From the IMG/VR virus record IMGVR_UViG_3300045410_000063, positions 1 to 40,101 of that record: 40,101 bases of DNA; one strand, written 5' to 3'. The notes beneath the pieces were generated by a model. The model was not told the DNA's origin. It ran no database searches and saw nothing but the letters and a program-made list of their open reading frames with translations. Source of the stretch: a virus (lineage: Duplodnaviria; Caudoviricetes). Made by a program: the position numbers and the translations under genes. Shown here piece after piece: positions 35,488 through 40,101 of the stretch (positions within the stretch are counted from its first letter, which is position 1; each line of letters opens with the position of its first letter).

Positions 35488-36051
35488 TCACGCCGCGGTC
35501 TGGTCCACGTACCGCCACGGCTTGATCACCGACGACACGTAGTGGCTCTTGAACGTGACCGGGTAAAGGGTCTGTGTGCCCTTCTTGTACGGCGTCGTCA
35601 CCGACTCGACGGACAGCACCTTGCGGACGAACAGGCGCCGGTTGAACCCGCCGGGGGCTTTGCCGATGAACGCGACCGCCCAATAGGTGGGGGCCTGCGA
35701 CGCGCCGGCGTCGTCCGGGTCGTAGCTGCTGTAGCTGGCCGACGCGGTGACCGTGCCGCCGTTGAGCGTGTACCGCAGGTTATCGAGGGTCGGCTCCGCC
35801 AGGTTCGTTGCGACGGTCGTGACCCGCTTCGTTTCGCGGGACGCCGGGATCTCGACGATCTGGTCGCATTCGAGTTCGAAGAACTCGCGTTCGTGAGCGA
35901 CCGTGACGCCGTCTTGGGTGCCGCCGACGTCGGTCCACCCCGACGCAGAGAACGTGTTCGCGACGTCGGAGTCGGCGGGTTCGGTCGCCCCGAACGAGGC
36001 GATCCACAGGGCGCCGGGCCCGGCGAGGAAGTTGGATGCGGTGACCGACAT
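35488..36051 (-). CDS. Major tail (tube) protein
   Basis: GPGALW...WTDVGGTQDGV...DQIV...TNLAEPTLDNL actinophage MTP pattern, AAGGAG RBS. Confidence 0.88.
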   Translation of the reverse strand: MSVTASNFLAGPGALWIASFGATEPADSDVANTFSASGWTDVGGTQDGVTVAHEREFFELECDQIVEIPASRETKRVTTVATNLAEPTLDNLRYTLNGGTVTASASYSSYDPDDAGASQAPTYWAVAFIGKAPGGFNRRLFVRKVLSVESVTTPYKKGTQTLYPVTFKSHYVSSVIKPWRYVDQTAA

Positions 36052-36054
36052 GGA

Positions 36055-36288
36055 TCACTCCTTGGTGGTGCGGGTGGTGCGGCGGGCGGGTGCGGCGCCG
36101 GCGTCCTCGGGGCGAGGTGTCGTTGAGTCGAGGAGCAGCCCGGCGCGTTCGAGGTCGAGGCGTTCCGCGGGGTCCACCCACACCTCGACGTCGGGGCGGA
36201 TGCTGGTGCGCACGAGCGTGCGGCCGGACGTGTCGGTGGGCATCGGCACTGGTCGGCTGGTGTCGCCGGGTTCGTCGGCTGTCGGCAT
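36055..36288 (-). CDS. Small hypothetical protein upstream of MTP
   Basis: GAGGAG RBS, VRTSIRPD.EV.VD.AE..DL.R.GLL. Confidence 0.65.
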   Translation of the reverse strand: MPTADEPGDTSRPVPMPTDTSGRTLVRTSIRPDVEVWVDPAERLDLERAGLLLDSTTPRPEDAGAAPARRTTRTTKE

Positions 36289-36300
36289 GTGACTCCTCGG

Positions 36301-36741
36301 TCAGAGTTCGATCCACGAGAGGTGCAGGTCGAAGTTGAAGCGGGCGTAGTCGGCTGGGTCGGTGCGGATCCGGCGGGGTTCGTTGAGCATGTAGGCGGTC
36401 AGCACGCGGGCCCCGGCGTAGGCGGCGGGCATCGTCACGGCCCTCGGGGTTGCGGTGTGGTCGTGGACGGCGGCACGCACGTACTCGGCGAGCTGGTTCG
36501 CTCTCCCCCACGGCGGCCGGCCCGTGTCGGCGTTGACCGCCCAGCAGTCGACGGAGATCGCCGGCCGGGCGACGGGCATCGTCGCTTCGGGGGTGCCGCC
36601 GATAGCAGTGACTTGCACGAACCCGGACGCCGCCCACGACGTGTTGTCGGATGGGAGCTCGGTCGCGACCCGGTCACCGAGCCCGGTGACGCCTTTGAGC
36701 CAGGCGACCGCGACGAGCTCGTTCGTCGGGTGGAGGCTCAC
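36301..36741 (-). CDS. Tail terminator / tail completion protein
   Basis: Synteny, ELVAVAWL...VATELP...ISVDCWA...ARFNFDL. Confidence 0.8.
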   Translation of the reverse strand: MSLHPTNELVAVAWLKGVTGLGDRVATELPSDNTSWAASGFVQVTAIGGTPEATMPVARPAISVDCWAVNADTGRPPWGRANQLAEYVRAAVHDHTATPRAVTMPAAYAGARVLTAYMLNEPRRIRTDPADYARFNFDLHLSWIEL

Positions 36742-37046
36742 ACGGTCCTCCAGACGTGGCCCTCGTCGAGGTAGCCATGCCAGTACTCGCCCTCGGGGTC
36801 GTGGCGGCCGCAGGCGATCGAGGCCCGAATCTCCAGCGAGCCGTCGGTGCACTCGCGGAACGACCACGGAGGCTCGGTCACCCGATGGAGTCCACTGCCT
36901 CGCGTCGGTCTCTCGAACTTCGTTCCACCCTCGTGGGTCGGCAGGAGGAACCAGACGCCCCGGACGTTCTCCTGGTCGTCGAACGGTCCGGCGTAGTCGC
37001 CAGCGCGCTCGATCTCATCAACCGTGGCCACGCGCCGGCCGATCAC
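36738..37046 (-). CDS. Hypothetical protein (DUF6527-like C-terminus)
   Basis: GSLEIRASI...WHGYLDEGHVW, GTGA coupling. Confidence 0.55.
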   Translation of the reverse strand: MIGRRVATVDEIERAGDYAGPFDDQENVRGVWFLLPTHEGGTKFERPTRGSGLHRVTEPPWSFRECTDGSLEIRASIACGRHDPEGEYWHGYLDEGHVWRTV

Positions 37047-37255
37047 TCGTGGGCCTCCCGGCCGTCGAGCGAGTGATGGAGGAGGAGCACCCACCCGACC
37101 GAGCCGTCGTCTCGCCTGACGGCGTCCGGCGACGGCCCGCACGGGCAGTCCTCGCTGATCTCGTGCTCGATCAGATCGTTGACCGGCGTGACGTGAACAT
37201 CGCCCTCGACCATGACGAACAGGAACGCGGTGTCGGGGATCGGCAGGGCAATCAC
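37043..37255 (-). CDS. Small His/Cys metal-binding-like actinophage protein
   Basis: HVTPVNDLIEH...DCPCGP...HHSLDGRE. Confidence 0.65.
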   Translation of the reverse strand: MIALPIPDTAFLFVMVEGDVHVTPVNDLIEHEISEDCPCGPSPDAVRRDDGSVGWVLLLHHSLDGREAHE

Positions 37256-37608
37256 GGCCGCAGCCCCCGCTGCATGTAGACCGCCACCCGCATAAAGCTT
37301 TGCTGTGGGGTGCCGGGGTGGTTGACGACCCGACCGAACACCTGCCCGGTCTCCCGGTTGCGCAGCGGCCACTTGCCGTGCGACACGATCAGGTGAGGCC
37401 GGCTGCCGTACTCGGTGGGCGCCCAATGGTCGGTGCCGACCCACACGACGTTGTCCCGCACCTTGATCGACGCGACGAGCTCGCCGGTGTCGATCGGGCA
37501 GAACCGGCGGGCGTCGGACGCGACGTCCTCGGCGACATGCTCCTTGACGCGGTCAACGACCCGGTCGAGGCGGGCGAGGCCCTCACTGCTCATGATCACT
37601 CTGGCCAC
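37252..37608 (-). CDS. HK97 gp10-like neck/minor capsid protein
   Basis: ARRFCPIDTGELVASI...EYGSRPH...VNHPGT..Q.FMR. Confidence 0.85.
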   Translation of the reverse strand: MARVIMSSEGLARLDRVVDRVKEHVAEDVASDARRFCPIDTGELVASIKVRDNVVWVGTDHWAPTEYGSRPHLIVSHGKWPLRNRETGQVFGRVVNHPGTPQQSFMRVAVYMQRGLRP

Positions 37609-37673
37609 AGGGGCACCTGCCTTTTCGGCGGGGGTGCGGGCCGGCTGACCGCCCGGTCTTCCCGGGCGTGTGG

Positions 37674-38012
37674 TCAGCTGACCCGGCGGAGATCTGCTCG
37701 GATGTCGTTGACGACGTGCGGGTTCGCTGGCTGGGATGTGGCGTCGACGAGGTAGACGTAGCCGGTGGCTTCGTCGACGAGTCGGGTACCGGCCGTGACG
37801 TCGGTGCCGGCGGGAAGGCGGGCCGTGTAGGAGCGCACGACCTGCAGCCGGTCCGACGTGTGGGTGGTCGTGAGCCGGGACTGTTCGAGGATCGAGGCGG
37901 GCACGTCGACCGCGGTGGGGGTGTCGTCGGAGGTCGGGTCGTCGTACACGTCGGTGTCGGCAGCCTCGACGACGCCGTAGACGGTGACGGTCGTGGTCGG
38001 TGTGGCGATCAC
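37674..38012 (-). CDS. Head-to-tail stopper/closure protein
   Basis: Synteny, 112-aa beta-rich protein (TTTVTVY...D.YDD...RADLRRV). Confidence 0.75.
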   Translation of the reverse strand: MIATPTTTVTVYGVVEAADTDVYDDPTSDDTPTAVDVPASILEQSRLTTTHTSDRLQVVRSYTARLPAGTDVTAGTRLVDEATGYVYLVDATSQPANPHVVNDIRADLRRVS

Positions 38013-38216
38013 CGGCGCCTCCCGCGTGCCGTGCGGGCCGTCGGCGGACCCTTGCGGGGCGGCAGCCGTCGATAGCGGATCTTCGGGGGGCCGGGCGTGG
38101 CGTGCGCCTTACGGCGGGCGTAGCGGCGCAGCTTCGGGTTCGCCCAGAAGTACCGGTCTTCGCCACTGCGCTTTGGATTTGAACCCGTGGCTCCCCCGCT
38201 TCCCCTTCCTCGGCAT
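38009..38216 (-). pseudogene. Frameshifted small basic protein gene
   Basis: MPRKGKRGSHGFKSKAQW continues in the +1 frame as RYFWANPKLRRYARRKAHATPG...RRR*, whose stop overlaps the next start (GTGA). Span 208 nt = 3n+1. Confidence 0.6.
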
Positions 38217-38226
38217 AGTGGCTAGA

Positions 38227-38682
38227 TCACCCCCTCAGGTAGGCCTGAGCGGCGTCCCACCATCCCGGGCGTTCCACGTAGTGCAGGACCATGTTGCAGA
38301 CCCGACAGAGTGCGCCCCGAATCTCGTTCGTCTCGTGATCGTGGTCGACCGTGTCGGCCGGTCGCTCTCGGCAGATCCAGCACACCCCGTCGTGCTTGGC
38401 TTGAAGTGCTGACCACTGCTTCGACGTAATCCCGTATCGGCGAAGGCGGGTACGGATGGACTTGTCTCCGGGCGAGCACTCCTCGCACCACTTCTGCCCG
38501 GCGCTCGTCGGCTGATACGTGACGCCGCATGCCAGACAGATCTTGGGCTTCAGTCCCAGACGTCGGCCGTGGTGGTTGTGCGCGCACGCCTGATTGCAGT
38601 GCTTGCGTGGCTGCGACGGCCACGCCTCGAAGGTCTTGCCGCATGGGCACACGCGCGTCTGTAGCTTGGACGGCTTCTTCAC
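38227..38682 (-). CDS. Endonuclease VII-family (HNH-type) protein with N-terminal Zn motifs
   Basis: RRYGIT...CWIC...VDHDHETNEIRGALCRVCN. Confidence 0.88.
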   Translation of the reverse strand: MKKPSKLQTRVCPCGKTFEAWPSQPRKHCNQACAHNHHGRRLGLKPKICLACGVTYQPTSAGQKWCEECSPGDKSIRTRLRRYGITSKQWSALQAKHDGVCWICRERPADTVDHDHETNEIRGALCRVCNMVLHYVERPGWWDAAQAYLRG

Positions 38683-38733
38683 CTGACGAGTCTAGGTGAA
38701 TCACGGCGCTTCTCTTGAACGGATTGCGGGCCA

Positions 38734-39174
38734 TCATCCGATCCCCTTGAGGGGTTCCCATCCGTGTTCGTCGTCCGAGGACTCAGAGAGGAACCGGGCG
38801 GGCCACGTGGGCCCGGTGTTGACCGGGTCGACACGCAGCGACCGCGTCGACTTCCACGACAGGTTCCGCAACGAGCGGGCGGCGAGCGGACCCAGGACGA
38901 TCTGATGTTCGGCGTCTTGTGTCACCGACAGGCCGTCCTGGCTGATGCTCGTGTGCGCCGACCGGCCGTCGACGGCCGGCTGCTGGGTGAGCCACGCCGC
39001 CTGCCAGCAGGCGGCCTGCTTGAGCCAGTACAGGTCCCGGGCACCGATCCCCGCCGACGCGTCGGGGGTGCGGTTGGCGTAGATCGTGACGTGCGCGTTG
39101 GCTGCCGCCACGTCCGCGGTGGTGGCACCGTGACCGGTGATGTCCTCCACGTCGGTGGCGGTAGCCCACGTCAT
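38734..39174 (-). CDS. Head-to-tail adaptor
   Basis: WATATDVEDITG...LKQAACWQAAW...SISQDGLS...LGPLAARSL. Confidence 0.75.
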   Translation of the reverse strand: MTWATATDVEDITGHGATTADVAAANAHVTIYANRTPDASAGIGARDLYWLKQAACWQAAWLTQQPAVDGRSAHTSISQDGLSVTQDAEHQIVLGPLAARSLRNLSWKSTRSLRVDPVNTGPTWPARFLSESSDDEHGWEPLKGIG

Positions 39175-39199
39175 GGGGAAACCCCGGCCCGGTGGGCGA

Positions 39200-40096
39200 T
39201 CAGCAGGCCAGTTCGAGAACTCCCTGCTCCGGGGCGGCCATGCGGTAGCCGTACTCGGCGAGGAACTCGATCGCCCACGCGATCTTGTCCGTCACTCGCT
39301 GCCCAGATGGCTGCTTGTCCGACCAGAGTTCGAGGTTCTTGATGCGGTTGTCGTCGCGCACGCCGTTCTTGTGATGAACGTTCTCGTGCGACAGCAGGTC
39401 CCGGCCTAGCGCCTCGGCCATCACCAACCGGTGTTCCAGCTGCCAGTCGCCTGGGGCGACCTTGCGCACGACGTAGCCGGTCGTCTCCGTCCTCCGCTGC
39501 CCGAGGTTGTCCCGCGTGGACTCGGCCGGCCCAGGGTCGCCGTACTTCCATTCGCGCCAGTGGTGCATCGCGCATTTGTTCTTGGCTCGTACCGGCTTCT
39601 CGCAGCCATCGATGCAGCAGTGCCGCTGGTCCCCACGTAGATCCTGCGCGCGACGCCGGTGCGCAGCGCAGCAGTACAGCCGTCGCGTTCGCTCCCGATC
39701 GAACACCACCTCGCATCCATCGAGCCCACAGATCCGGGACGGGCCGGTGAGCGAGTGCCACGCCTTGCGACACTTCTCGGTGCAATACGCCTGGTTGGTC
39801 CGGCGTGGGACGAACACCACGTCGCAGCCACCGCTCGCGCAGACCGCTGGGGGGAGCCGTAGTTGGTCGGCCTGATGCCGGCACCTCGTCGAACAGAACA
39901 CGTGACTGCGGCGAGTCGGCATGAACTCGGCCGTGCATTGGCTGAACCCGCACGCCCGGGGCCGCGGCCCTGGCCGTGCTGCCCGAGACCGACAGAGCCG
40001 AGAACAGAACCGCTGCTTGCGCCGATACGCCACGAACTGGTTCGTGCATTCCGTGTACGCGCAGGAGACGAGCGAGGGAGTCGCGGCTGCTTTCAC
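39200..40096 (-). CDS. HNH homing-type endonuclease with tandem Cys4 repeats
   Basis: Four C-x4-C...(F/Y)C-x3-(C/H) repeats, then EHRLVM...[21 protein letters not shown]. The start is near the window edge and uncertain. Confidence 0.9.
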   Translation of the reverse strand: MKAAATPSLVSCAYTECTNQFVAYRRKQRFCSRLCRSRAARPGPRPRACGFSQCTAEFMPTRRSHVFCSTRCRHQADQLRLPPAVCASGGCDVVFVPRRTNQAYCTEKCRKAWHSLTGPSRICGLDGCEVVFDRERTRRLYCCAAHRRRAQDLRGDQRHCCIDGCEKPVRAKNKCAMHHWREWKYGDPGPAESTRDNLGQRRTETTGYVVRKVAPGDWQLEHRLVMAEALGRDLLSHENVHHKNGVRDDNRIKNLELWSDKQPSGQRVTDKIAWAIEFLAEYGYRMAAPEQGVLELAC

Positions 40097-40101
40097 CCAT
40101 C

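Larger units (their letters stand above)
98..40101. mobile_element. Temperate siphovirus-like prophage/phage genome segment of an actinobacterium (incomplete, continues past right edge)
   Basis: Serine integrase at the left, translationally coupled small early ORFs, and a canonical neck-tail-TMP-lysis late operon on the minus strand. att sites not identified. Confidence 0.93.

Overview
This very GC-rich, actinobacterial-type window is almost entirely one temperate siphovirus-like prophage that runs off the right edge. Capsid, portal, terminase and replication genes are not in view. From left to right it holds: a large serine integrase; a leaderless ParB/Srx-like plus HTH gene pair, back-to-back with a small ORF under a perfect actinobacterial LexA (SOS) box; a leftward string of small early genes, including an Ea22-like protein that ends in a Ku-like C-terminal helix; a divergent switch with three leaderless sigma70-type promoters sharing a 15-bp motif; a rightward operon interrupted by strongly structured RNA and a tRNA-like element; and a roughly 6.4 kb Streptomyces-type conjugation module (TraB-like FtsK/SpoIIIE translocase, clt-like 8-bp repeat array, DUF2637/Spd-like membrane proteins, membrane-anchored HNH) with no integrase or Rep of its own. 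The minus-strand late operon follows, in transcription order: HNH endonucleases, neck genes, major tail protein, tail chaperones with a GGGAAAC -1 frameshift, tape measure, tail tip proteins, an epimerase/glycosyltransferase/sulfotransferase cluster, DUF1906 endolysin, holins, a tail fibre and a GDPD-domain protein. The most striking feature is the apparent phage-plus-TraB/clt conjugation hybrid. All family calls are by-eye motif recognition; no searches were run.
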